Assembly: GCA_034414335.1 (NCBI GenBank)
Contig: DAOUMB010000068.1
Location: 1 to 45,171, forward strand
Length of the DNA: 45,171 nucleotides
Reading direction: 5' to 3'
From: Dehalococcoidia bacterium
GTDB lineage: Bacteria; Chloroflexota; Dehalococcoidia; GIF9; AB-539-J10
In this document: positions 26,471 through 34,432 of the stretch, one piece after another
Numbering within the stretch: the first letter of the stretch is position 1
How the letters are laid out: each line of letters opens with the position of its first letter
Notes under the pieces: model-generated
Databases searched by the model: none
What the model was told of the DNA's origin: nothing
What the model saw: only the letters and a program-made list of their open reading frames with translations
Position numbers and translations under genes: made by a program

Positions 26471-28144
26471 TTATCTCAAAGTCCCCAAATAGCTTACAGT
26501 AAGCTGTTTTTCCTTTACTTCAGACCTTGTATAATCTGGAAGGAGCATCGGGGACACTCTATCAGTTACAATGCCTGCTGCTTCAAGCTCTTTATGATAT
26601 TTCTTCACATGGTCTAAGGTCAGTTTTCCATTCTTAGCTTTCTCGCTGGCAAACTTAGCAGCATTCCTTCCCGCAATCCTGCCAAAGACCACGAGGTCCA
26701 TAAGGGAATTGCCCATTAGTCTGTTTTCTCCGTGAAGCCCTCCGGTTACCTCTCCTGCAACGTAAAGCCCAGGCATGGCGGTCTCACATTCGGCATTATC
26801 CTTAAGGCCTCCATTTTGATAATGGAGTGTGGGATAGACCAGCATGGGTGCCTTGGAAATATCAATTCCCAAGCGATCGTATACCTTCCATTTTCCCACA
26901 AAGGCTGTTCGCACTCTTCCTTCACCACGCAGGATATCGATCACAGGAGAGTCAAGCCAGACTCCTACTTTCCCAGTGGGAGTGGGAACACCTTTGCCAT
27001 CCAGGCATTCCTTGATGAACCTAGCCGATTCCACATCTCTGGGCTCACGCTCATTAACAAATTTCTCACCATGTACATTCAGAATATCCGCCCCTTCTGA
27101 CCTAAACCTCTCGGTAATAAGCCATCCCTCTATTTGCTCGGGGAAAACGACGCCTGTGGGGTGATACTGAACAGTATGCATGAAGGCCAGAGGCACACCT
27201 GCCCTATAGCCTATAACTACGCCGTCGGCAGTGGCACCATAATGATTAGTGGTCATAAAACCCTGAACGTGGAGCCTCCCAGCACCACCCGTAGCTAAAA
27301 TTACCGCCTTGGCTTTGGCTATAAAGTACTCCTCGGTTTCCATATTATAAAGCAATGCCCCGGCGCACTGCCCATGTTCGTTGAGGATAAGCTCTACCGC
27401 CGGGGAGAATTCCAGAACTCTGATATTCTGCCTGTTACGAGCTTCATCGCGCACAGTGCGCATGATTTCCATTCCGCTAAGGTCGGCACAATAGTGCATC
27501 CTTTTTCTGCAAGTACCCCCACCATGCATAGACTCCAGCCTTCCATCGGGGAGTTTGGAGAACATAACTCCCAGGTTTTCCAGCCACTGCAGTGCATCGG
27601 GAGCCTTCTTAACAAAAGTAGCTACAATCTCAGGGTCATTTTTAAAATGTCCCCCTCCCATCACATCCAGGTAGTGATAATAAGGAGAATCCTTCTCCCC
27701 TTTTGTCGCAGCCTGAATCCCCCCTTCAGCCATCATAGTGTTAGCATCGCCATGCCGAAGCTTTGTGGCCATAAGAACCTGGGCGCCATTTTCCTCGGCA
27801 ATAAGTGCAGCTATAGTGGCAGCTCCCCCACCACCAATAATTAAAACGTCAGTTTCATAGTCAGCCCTCGTGAGGTCCACTTTATCGGGATCAACCCTGC
27901 TCCTCGCCTCCAACAGGTCTACAAACTCATGAGCTATTTTATAACCCTTATTTGGGCCAACTTTTATCTCCCTTTTCCCTTCCTGTTTATAGTCAGGGTG
28001 ATATCTTAAAATCTCCTGCCTTTCTTCCAGAGACATGAAGGGAAATTCCTCCCCCCTCCTCCTTTTCTCTACCCGGGCAGGCCTTGTCTCTTCCACCTTC
28101 TTAATATAAGGCTTGAAGAAGTCTGGATATCCTAAGTAACTCAT
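26471..28144 (-). CDS. fumarate reductase/succinate dehydrogenase-type flavoprotein subunit, non-covalent-FAD type
   Basis: It has the FAD motif DVLIIGGGGAA, DANTMMAEGG (aligning with RSHTVAAEGG of FrdA, with Asn at the His position), YHPTG and ERFRSEGADILN (aligning with EGCRGEGGILVN). An N-terminal extension of about 95 aa precedes the dinucleotide fold. Confidence 0.8.
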   Translation of the reverse strand: MSYLGYPDFFKPYIKKVEETRPARVEKRRRGEEFPFMSLEERQEILRYHPDYKQEGKREIKVGPNKGYKIAHEFVDLLEARSRVDPDKVDLTRADYETDVLIIGGGGAATIAALIAEENGAQVLMATKLRHGDANTMMAEGGIQAATKGEKDSPYYHYLDVMGGGHFKNDPEIVATFVKKAPDALQWLENLGVMFSKLPDGRLESMHGGGTCRKRMHYCADLSGMEIMRTVRDEARNRQNIRVLEFSPAVELILNEHGQCAGALLYNMETEEYFIAKAKAVILATGGAGRLHVQGFMTTNHYGATADGVVIGYRAGVPLAFMHTVQYHPTGVVFPEQIEGWLITERFRSEGADILNVHGEKFVNEREPRDVESARFIKECLDGKGVPTPTGKVGVWLDSPVIDILRGEGRVRTAFVGKWKVYDRLGIDISKAPMLVYPTLHYQNGGLKDNAECETAMPGLYVAGEVTGGLHGENRLMGNSLMDLVVFGRIAGRNAAKFASEKAKNGKLTLDHVKKYHKELEAAGIVTDRVSPMLLPDYTRSEVKEKQLTVSYLGTLR

Positions 28145-28156
28145 TTAGCCTCCTAC

Positions 28157-28942
28157 CTACAAATATCTTTTATCCTCTGGCCTCCAATCCTCCCCAGTTG
28201 TCACTGGCTCTGTCTCCCTTTCCTGGTACATCTTTTTCAACTCCTCTTCACTCGCACTCTTCAATTTCTCTAAAATCTCCTCATACTTTCCCTCGTTAAT
28301 CGCTTTTATCATTTCGGCCAAATGTCTCGCCCCGGGTATAATTCTAGCTCCGTAAATTCTTCGTGCGAGTTGAAACATATGATATTGAGCCAATTCCCCA
28401 AAACAGCGGCTCGTGCATAAACCACATTGAATACAATCGAAGCTAAGTTGAGCAGCCTCAGCGACGTTTCCTTGTTTCAAAGCTGATATAGCATCCATGA
28501 CTTCTATACCTTGGGGACAAGCTTTTGTGCAAGCGTTGCAGGCCACGCAGCGGAATAGCTCAGGATACAGTTTGAAAACCTCTTCGGGGGCGGAAGTTAA
28601 ATCTAAGAACTCATATTCGGCTCGGTTGGCAGGGAAAAAGGGTATTTGGGCTATGTACATGTCAGGCTCGACTGTCTTCTGGCAGGCAAGTGCTACCTGT
28701 AATTTGTAATCACCAGGCCGGCGATAAACCGTACCGCAAGCACCACAAGTCCCCCCCCGACACCCACAACCCCGAATGAACTTGTAGCCAGCATACTCCA
28801 TGGCTTTCATAATAGTAAGCCCCTCAGGTACCTCGTAGCGCTTTCCCATGATGTATACAGGAATCAGCTTAACTTTTGACACTTCTCTTTCTTCCTTAAC
28901 AATTGTTTCTGCTGCATTTTTGTTTTGCTCTTTGGCACTCAT
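28157..28942 (-). CDS. SdhB/FrdB-like iron-sulfur subunit (2Fe-2S plus two Cys-x2-Cys-x2-Cys-x3-Cys motifs)
   Basis: CRGGTCGAC...LAC is a C-x4-C-x2-C-x18-C 2Fe-2S pattern. CVACNACTKACP and CIQCGLCTSRC are also present. I trimmed the start to the ATG at 28942 (MSAKEQ, GGAGGT RBS). The ORF-track start at 29020 overlaps the upstream gene. Confidence 0.8.
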   Translation of the reverse strand: MSAKEQNKNAAETIVKEEREVSKVKLIPVYIMGKRYEVPEGLTIMKAMEYAGYKFIRGCGCRGGTCGACGTVYRRPGDYKLQVALACQKTVEPDMYIAQIPFFPANRAEYEFLDLTSAPEEVFKLYPELFRCVACNACTKACPQGIEVMDAISALKQGNVAEAAQLSFDCIQCGLCTSRCFGELAQYHMFQLARRIYGARIIPGARHLAEMIKAINEGKYEEILEKLKSASEEELKKMYQERETEPVTTGEDWRPEDKRYL

Positions 28943-28973
28943 CCTTAACCTCCGGTCGGTTAAAAGCTTCTCC

Positions 28974-29855
28974 TCAAGTAAGCAATTTCTTTTCCCGCAA
29001 AAGTGATTCGGGATCCCCATAATTTAGCTCAAAGCGACACAGTGCAGGATCAAGCCCTAACGCAAGAGCCAGAAGTTGAGTAAAATAAAATAACGGCATC
29101 CCTTTAAATCCGCTATGTTTCTTCATCAATTCCTTTTGCCCCTGACCCAGATTATAATCACATAATGGACAGGTAAGAACCAATGCTTCCGCCCCGTGAC
29201 TCAAAGCCGAGCTTAAGATATCCCAAGCATACGCAGAAATATCGCCTGCGTTGCTTACTATTTGGTAAGACCCACAACACCTAGCAGCAGAGGGAAAATC
29301 TACGGGGGTAGCTCCTAGGGCTTTAAGGAACTCACGCAATATGGTGGGATTCTCCACGCTATCTATAGCCACTTCTCTGGGGCGAAGCAGCGTACATCCA
29401 TAATAAGGGGCTACCTTTAATTCCCGAAGAGGGACTTTCACCTTCTGCGCAAGGGCCTCCCATCCTATTTCATCTCTCAATACTTCTAAAAGATGTGCTA
29501 CTTTTACCTCCCCACTATAATCTATCCCCTCATCCATAAAGCTATTGAGAGTATTTCTTTTTTCAGTATCCTGCTTCATTAGAAGGTTAGCCCTCTTCAG
29601 TGTATTAAGGCAGAAAGAACATAAGGTAACCACCTCATTTTTCCCCTGTTCCTTCACTCGAATAAGATTGCGAACTGGTGCTACCTGATGGATTAAATCA
29701 TCGTCAGATAAAGAATAGACCGCACCACAACAGTTCCATCGGGAAATTTCCTCTAACTTAACCCCCAAGACTTCCATGGAAGCGATGGCAGGTTCCTCTA
29801 GATTCCTTGCCTTAGTCTTCAGGGTACATCCAGGATAATAAGCTAAGCTCATCAT
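28974..29855 (-). CDS. HdrB/SdhE/GlpC-like protein with two CCG domains
   Basis: It has YYPGCTLK, NCCGAVY, APYYGCTLLRP and ARCCGSY, which gives two cysteine-rich CCG repeats as in heterodisulfide reductase subunit B and type E succinate dehydrogenase SdhE. Confidence 0.8.
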   Translation of the reverse strand: MMSLAYYPGCTLKTKARNLEEPAIASMEVLGVKLEEISRWNCCGAVYSLSDDDLIHQVAPVRNLIRVKEQGKNEVVTLCSFCLNTLKRANLLMKQDTEKRNTLNSFMDEGIDYSGEVKVAHLLEVLRDEIGWEALAQKVKVPLRELKVAPYYGCTLLRPREVAIDSVENPTILREFLKALGATPVDFPSAARCCGSYQIVSNAGDISAYAWDILSSALSHGAEALVLTCPLCDYNLGQGQKELMKKHSGFKGMPLFYFTQLLALALGLDPALCRFELNYGDPESLLREKKLLT

Positions 29856-29864
29856 TTATTTCCC

Positions 29865-30296
29865 TCAGCCGCTAAATTTCCTCAAGGCACTCACCATAGC
29901 TATCTGAGGAAGTTCGCAGCGCTCTTCCGGCGAGATCTCCTCAGGGCTTATATGGTCAACATTTTTCCTCAGGGTGAGAAGCCTTATTGCCTCCATTATC
30001 TTAGAGAGGTCGAATCCTCTAGGGCAATTGACGGTACAGGTAAGGCAAGAAGCACAAATCCAAACAGTTTTTGAATTGGCAATCTCCTCTTCTAACCCTA
30101 ATCGTGCCAGCTCAATAATCTGGCGAGGGGAAAGGTCCATATTGGAAACCATGGGACAATTTCCGGAGCACATACCACATTGGTAACACAACTGAAGGTT
30201 TTGCCCGCTAATCTCTTTGATCTTCCTTACAAACTCACTTCCCAGCCTCTTGGGCGAAATAGTCACAGACATTTTCTTATCACTCTCTTGCTTCAT
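29865..30296 (-). CDS. HdrC-like 2x[4Fe-4S] ferredoxin-type subunit
   Basis: CYQCGMCSGNCP and CASCLTCTVNCP are separated by the helical spacer typical of HdrC. The start codon directly abuts the stop of the upstream fumarase alpha gene. Confidence 0.75.
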   Translation of the reverse strand: MKQESDKKMSVTISPKRLGSEFVRKIKEISGQNLQLCYQCGMCSGNCPMVSNMDLSPRQIIELARLGLEEEIANSKTVWICASCLTCTVNCPRGFDLSKIMEAIRLLTLRKNVDHISPEEISPEERCELPQIAMVSALRKFSG

Positions 30297-31154
30297 TCAC
30301 AGAGTTGTTTCTTCACGGCGAGCGCACCAACATTGCATGTTGACTGCCACAGGCATGCTGGCAATATGGCAAGGGAAGGTTTCCACATGAACTGCTAAGG
30401 CGGTAACTGTACCACCATATCCCATAGCCCCAATGCCCAGATCATTAACTTTTTCTAGAATTTCCCTTTCTAAATCGGCAACTTCAGGGTCAGGGCTTGG
30501 TTCGCCAACTTTGCGCAACAACGCTTCCTTGGCCATAAACATGGTCTTGTCCGTTGTCCCACCTATACCAACGCCAATAATAACTGGTGGGCAGGGATTA
30601 CCACCAACCTCATCAACAAGGTTAACGACAAAATCTACCACCCCCTGGCGTCCTCTAGCTGGAGTCAGGACAGTTAGGCGAGAACAATTTTCTGAGCCGC
30701 CTCCCTTAGGCAAGACACTGATTTTCAGCCTGTCTCCAGGTACTATATCGGTATGAATCATAGCTGGTGTATTATCTTTGGTATTTACCCTGGCAAAACA
30801 AGGCTGGCTCACTATGGATCTGCGCAAATAACCCTTATCATAGCCCTGGCGTACTCCTTCGTTAATCGCTGTATAAAGGTCACCATGGGTTATGTGAACT
30901 TCCTGGCCTAACTCCAGCATGACTACAGCAGCACCAGTGTCCTGGCAAAGAGGAATTTGCTCCTTGCCAGCAATTTCAGCATTTTCTAGGATTCTATCCA
31001 GTACGTCACGGCAAACAGGGGATTTTTCTTTCTCCCTTGCTTGCTTGAGGGCAGTCACTACATCCTCAGGCAGATAATGGCAGGAATGCTCAAACAAACG
31101 AGCCACGCTGTTCGTTATGTCACCAGCCTTAATCTCTCTCATTGCACCTACCAT
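30297..31154 (-). CDS. class I (Fe-S) fumarate hydratase / tartrate dehydratase alpha-type subunit
   Basis: 285 aa with LCQDTG and PKGGGSEN, typical of the N-terminal/alpha domain of Fe-S hydro-lyases. Confidence 0.85.
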   Translation of the reverse strand: MVGAMREIKAGDITNSVARLFEHSCHYLPEDVVTALKQAREKEKSPVCRDVLDRILENAEIAGKEQIPLCQDTGAAVVMLELGQEVHITHGDLYTAINEGVRQGYDKGYLRRSIVSQPCFARVNTKDNTPAMIHTDIVPGDRLKISVLPKGGGSENCSRLTVLTPARGRQGVVDFVVNLVDEVGGNPCPPVIIGVGIGGTTDKTMFMAKEALLRKVGEPSPDPEVADLEREILEKVNDLGIGAMGYGGTVTALAVHVETFPCHIASMPVAVNMQCWCARREETTL

Positions 31155-31157
31155 TCA

Positions 31158-32084
31158 TCATAAGTTCATGATTTTGACTAGCTCTCGTACTGCATGGGCG
31201 GATTTCTTCAATGCCGTATCTTCCTCAGGGGTCAACCTGAGCTCTATTATTTGCTCAATGCCGTTTTTGCCCAATTTGACCGGAACCCCTACTACTACTC
31301 CCTCAATGCCATATTCCCCCTCCAGATAGGCAGCACAAGGCAATATCTCTTTTTTATCTAATATTATGGCATCAACAATTTGAGCTGTGGCTGCCCCCGG
31401 GGCATAAAAGGCACTGCCCGTTTTAAGCAGGCTCACTATTTCACCTCCACCCTTAACTGTGCGCTCCACCAAGTTATCAATCTTCTCTTTGGGCAAAAGT
31501 TCGGTAAGGGGAACACCACCGACGGTGCAAAGTCTGGTAACTGGCACCATCGTATCGCCATGCCCACCTAAAACGCAGGTGGACACATCCTTCACTGAGA
31601 CATCGAGTTCTTGAGCTATGAAAGTTCGAAACCTAGCGCTGTCGAGGATTCCAGATTGCCCAAATACTCTATTCCGAGGAAATTTACTTATATGAAGAGC
31701 CAACTGGGTCATGGCATCCAAAGGATTAGCCACCATGATAATCACGCAGTTAGGTGAATAGTGGACAACTTCCTTGGTAACTTCCTGGACTATTTTCATG
31801 TTGGTGAGCACTAAGTCATCCCGGCTCATCCCCGGTTTACGTGGTACCCCCGAAGTAATGACGACAATATCTGAATTTGCAGTTTCTTCATAGTCATTAG
31901 CTCCAAGAATTTTAGCGTCCGAATCGATTATGGGGGTAGCCTCCAGCATATCCAGCCCCTTTCCTTGAGGAAGCCCTTCAATTATGTCTACCAACACAAC
32001 ATCCACATACCCCCTTTCAGCAATCCTGAAAGCGCAAGTTGCGCCCACATTTCCTGCACCAATTATGGAAACTTTGCTGCGCAT
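31158..32084 (-). CDS. mdh: malate dehydrogenase (LDH-like family)
   Basis: [12 protein letters not shown] Rossmann motif, [16 protein letters not shown] and [12 protein letters not shown] 308-aa length is typical of LDH-like MDH. Confidence 0.88.
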   Translation of the reverse strand: MRSKVSIIGAGNVGATCAFRIAERGYVDVVLVDIIEGLPQGKGLDMLEATPIIDSDAKILGANDYEETANSDIVVITSGVPRKPGMSRDDLVLTNMKIVQEVTKEVVHYSPNCVIIMVANPLDAMTQLALHISKFPRNRVFGQSGILDSARFRTFIAQELDVSVKDVSTCVLGGHGDTMVPVTRLCTVGGVPLTELLPKEKIDNLVERTVKGGGEIVSLLKTGSAFYAPGAATAQIVDAIILDKKEILPCAAYLEGEYGIEGVVVGVPVKLGKNGIEQIIELRLTPEEDTALKKSAHAVRELVKIMNL

Positions 32085-32150
32085 TACACTTACCTCCTTG
32101 TTATTCCTTTATATTGACCCTTCAAATACCTGGCGCGTATAAGGAGAAAT

Positions 32151-34133
32151 TCAAGCAATAATAGCTAAGATATCATCTTTGTTTACCGAATCCCCAGGAC
32201 CGAAGTTGATTGCCTTGACTACTCCACCACTGGGGGCGGAAATGGTATTCTGCATCTTCATTGCTTCCAATATAAGCAGTGGATCCCCAGCCTTTACTTT
32301 ATTTTCAACATTAACCAAATAACGGATGATCATACCTGGCATAGGAGCAAGCACCTTCGTTCCTTCAGCAACTGCGGTAGGCGGTGCTTTCTTTTCCTCC
32401 GCCTTTGGGGGTGCTTTTATAGCCGGAGACGGAGGAGTGTTAACAGCACTTACACGTGGGGAAGCAGTGATAGTTGGAGAACCACCCACAGCCTCCACAT
32501 CCACTTTATAATACTCATCTTCGACGAAAACATTGAATGTCCTTATGCCAGGACCTTTTTCGGGAACCACTTTCTCTGGTTTTTCCACCAGCTTGCCAGC
32601 TTTGGCTTTGGCAATAAATTCATCCTCTTTCTTCACATCCTCAAGGGTCTTAGGAGCGCGGGGAGGCTTCCAATCGTCTGGAATAGTTTTATCTATGCCA
32701 TATTTATATTTCAAAAAGCGAGAGCCAGTAGTAGGATAAAGAGCATAAGTAAGCACATCCTGAGTATTTTTAGCAAACTCCTTGGACTCTTTCTTAGCTT
32801 TTTCCAGTTCCGGTACCAGCATATCGGCAGCCCGGCACTCAATTGGCTTTTCACCCCTTTCGTAGCCTTTGAGAACCATCCTCTGGATTTTTTTATCAAT
32901 CGGCGACGGCGGCCTGCCATAGAGACCCCAGCAATAATCCTTCGTTTCCTTGGGAATCATTTTATAGCGTCCTACCAAGACATTTTGCACCGCCTGGACA
33001 CCCACAATCTGACTCGTAGGTGTAACTAAAGGTGGATAACCAAGCTCTGCTCTGGTTTTAGCAGTTTCCGCTCGCACCTCATCCAGCCTATCCAGGGCAT
33101 CGGCCTGCTTTAGCTGCGACACCAGGTTCGAAGTCATGCCACCGGGGATTTGGTGAATGAGCACACCTGTATCAATAACCGACATCCTCGAGGTATCAAG
33201 AAAGTCCCTATATTTAGGGGCCATTTGCTCAAGCATCTGTCCGCACTTAAATAGTTGTTCAATGTCCAGTCCCGTATCCCTATCTGTCCCATATAGAGCA
33301 ACTACTAAGGGCTCAATAGGTGGCTCTGATGTACGCAATGCAAAGGGAGACAAAGCGGTATCAACAATGTCAACTCCAGCCTCAATGGCCTTCAGCACAG
33401 ACATGGAAGCCTGCCCACTGGTGTAGTGAGTGTGGAGCTCAACAGGGACTCTTAAGTTTTCCTTGAGGGCCTTAATTAGTTCATAGGCATCATAAGGGGA
33501 AATAAGCCCAGCTTGATCCTTAACACAAATAGAATCTGCGCCCATGTCTCGAAGAATGAGAGCTTTTTTAATATAGTATTCCAGATTATAGACCGGCCCA
33601 CCCATTCTTGGCTGTGTGAGCGAGAAACATATAGCTCCTTGATAATGTCTGCCGGATTTTTTAATAGCTTTAGCAGCACGTTCGTGATTGCGCTCATCAT
33701 TCACAGCATCGAAAACGCGAAAAATGTCAATGCCAACCTCGGCAGCTTGTTCCACAAAGGCATCGACCAAATCATCAGGATGATTTCGATAAGCAACTAA
33801 ATTCTGTCCCCTCAAAAGCATCTGCAGCGGGGTGTTGGGCATGAGTTTCTTTAATTTGCGAGGTCTGTCCCAGGGATCTTCGCCCAAAAAACGGTGGGGA
33901 ACATCAAATGTTGCCCCACCCCAAACCTCCATGGAATAGAAGCCGCATTTATCCATATCAGCAGCCATCCATTCCATATCTTCAGTTCGCATCCTCGTAG
34001 CCACTGTGGATTGATGTGCATCACGAAAGGTAGTGTCACAAATTTTGACCGGGTTCTTAGCCTTCGGCCTCGTCTTCACCTTATCAGTGGTTAAATCTTT
34101 GGCCAAAATTGGGCCTTCTCCTATTTTACTCAT
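32151..34133 (-). CDS. carboxyltransferase 5S-type subunit (oxaloacetate decarboxylase alpha / pyruvate carboxylase B-like) fused to a biotin carboxyl carrier domain
   Basis: It has an N-terminal HMGL-like TIM barrel (ICDTTFRDAHQS) and a Pro/Ala-rich linker. The C-terminal biotinyl domain carries EAMKMQN. Confidence 0.88.
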   Translation of the reverse strand: MSKIGEGPILAKDLTTDKVKTRPKAKNPVKICDTTFRDAHQSTVATRMRTEDMEWMAADMDKCGFYSMEVWGGATFDVPHRFLGEDPWDRPRKLKKLMPNTPLQMLLRGQNLVAYRNHPDDLVDAFVEQAAEVGIDIFRVFDAVNDERNHERAAKAIKKSGRHYQGAICFSLTQPRMGGPVYNLEYYIKKALILRDMGADSICVKDQAGLISPYDAYELIKALKENLRVPVELHTHYTSGQASMSVLKAIEAGVDIVDTALSPFALRTSEPPIEPLVVALYGTDRDTGLDIEQLFKCGQMLEQMAPKYRDFLDTSRMSVIDTGVLIHQIPGGMTSNLVSQLKQADALDRLDEVRAETAKTRAELGYPPLVTPTSQIVGVQAVQNVLVGRYKMIPKETKDYCWGLYGRPPSPIDKKIQRMVLKGYERGEKPIECRAADMLVPELEKAKKESKEFAKNTQDVLTYALYPTTGSRFLKYKYGIDKTIPDDWKPPRAPKTLEDVKKEDEFIAKAKAGKLVEKPEKVVPEKGPGIRTFNVFVEDEYYKVDVEAVGGSPTITASPRVSAVNTPPSPAIKAPPKAEEKKAPPTAVAEGTKVLAPMPGMIIRYLVNVENKVKAGDPLLILEAMKMQNTISAPSGGVVKAINFGPGDSVNKDDILAIIA

Positions 34134-34218
34134 AAATTACTCCCTTTCTCGCTATTCTGAGTAAAGCGAAGAATCCTCAAGACCCTTCGCTACCGCTCAG
34201 GGTGACAGCTAAACGCTG

Positions 34219-34410
34219 TCATTTAGGAACAATTCTTCGTTGCCAAAGCATTCGCATCAGCATTATCTCCTCGCGCCCAGCGATGTGCCATAAACTTGAA
34301 ACGGCTACCGGCTTTTGCTTAGGTATCGCTAGTCTCTGAGCCTCTTCTGCCTCTTCCATATAAGCAGCTACAGCGGCAATGGCAGCTATCGTTCCCTTTT
34401 TACTTTTCAA
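34219..34410 (-). CDS. hypothetical small protein between the carboxyltransferase genes (possible accessory subunit)
   Basis: 63-aa ORF with a TTG start, sitting between the 12S and 5S genes in the same orientation. The pattern AAIAAVAAY...W...GR...W..RR is loosely reminiscent of acyl-CoA carboxylase epsilon-type peptides. Start codon and coding status are uncertain. Confidence 0.4.
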   Translation of the reverse strand: MKSKKGTIAAIAAVAAYMEEAEEAQRLAIPKQKPVAVSSLWHIAGREEIMLMRMLWQRRIVPK

Positions 34411-34432
34411 TTACTCTTTTGCTTAAACCTCT

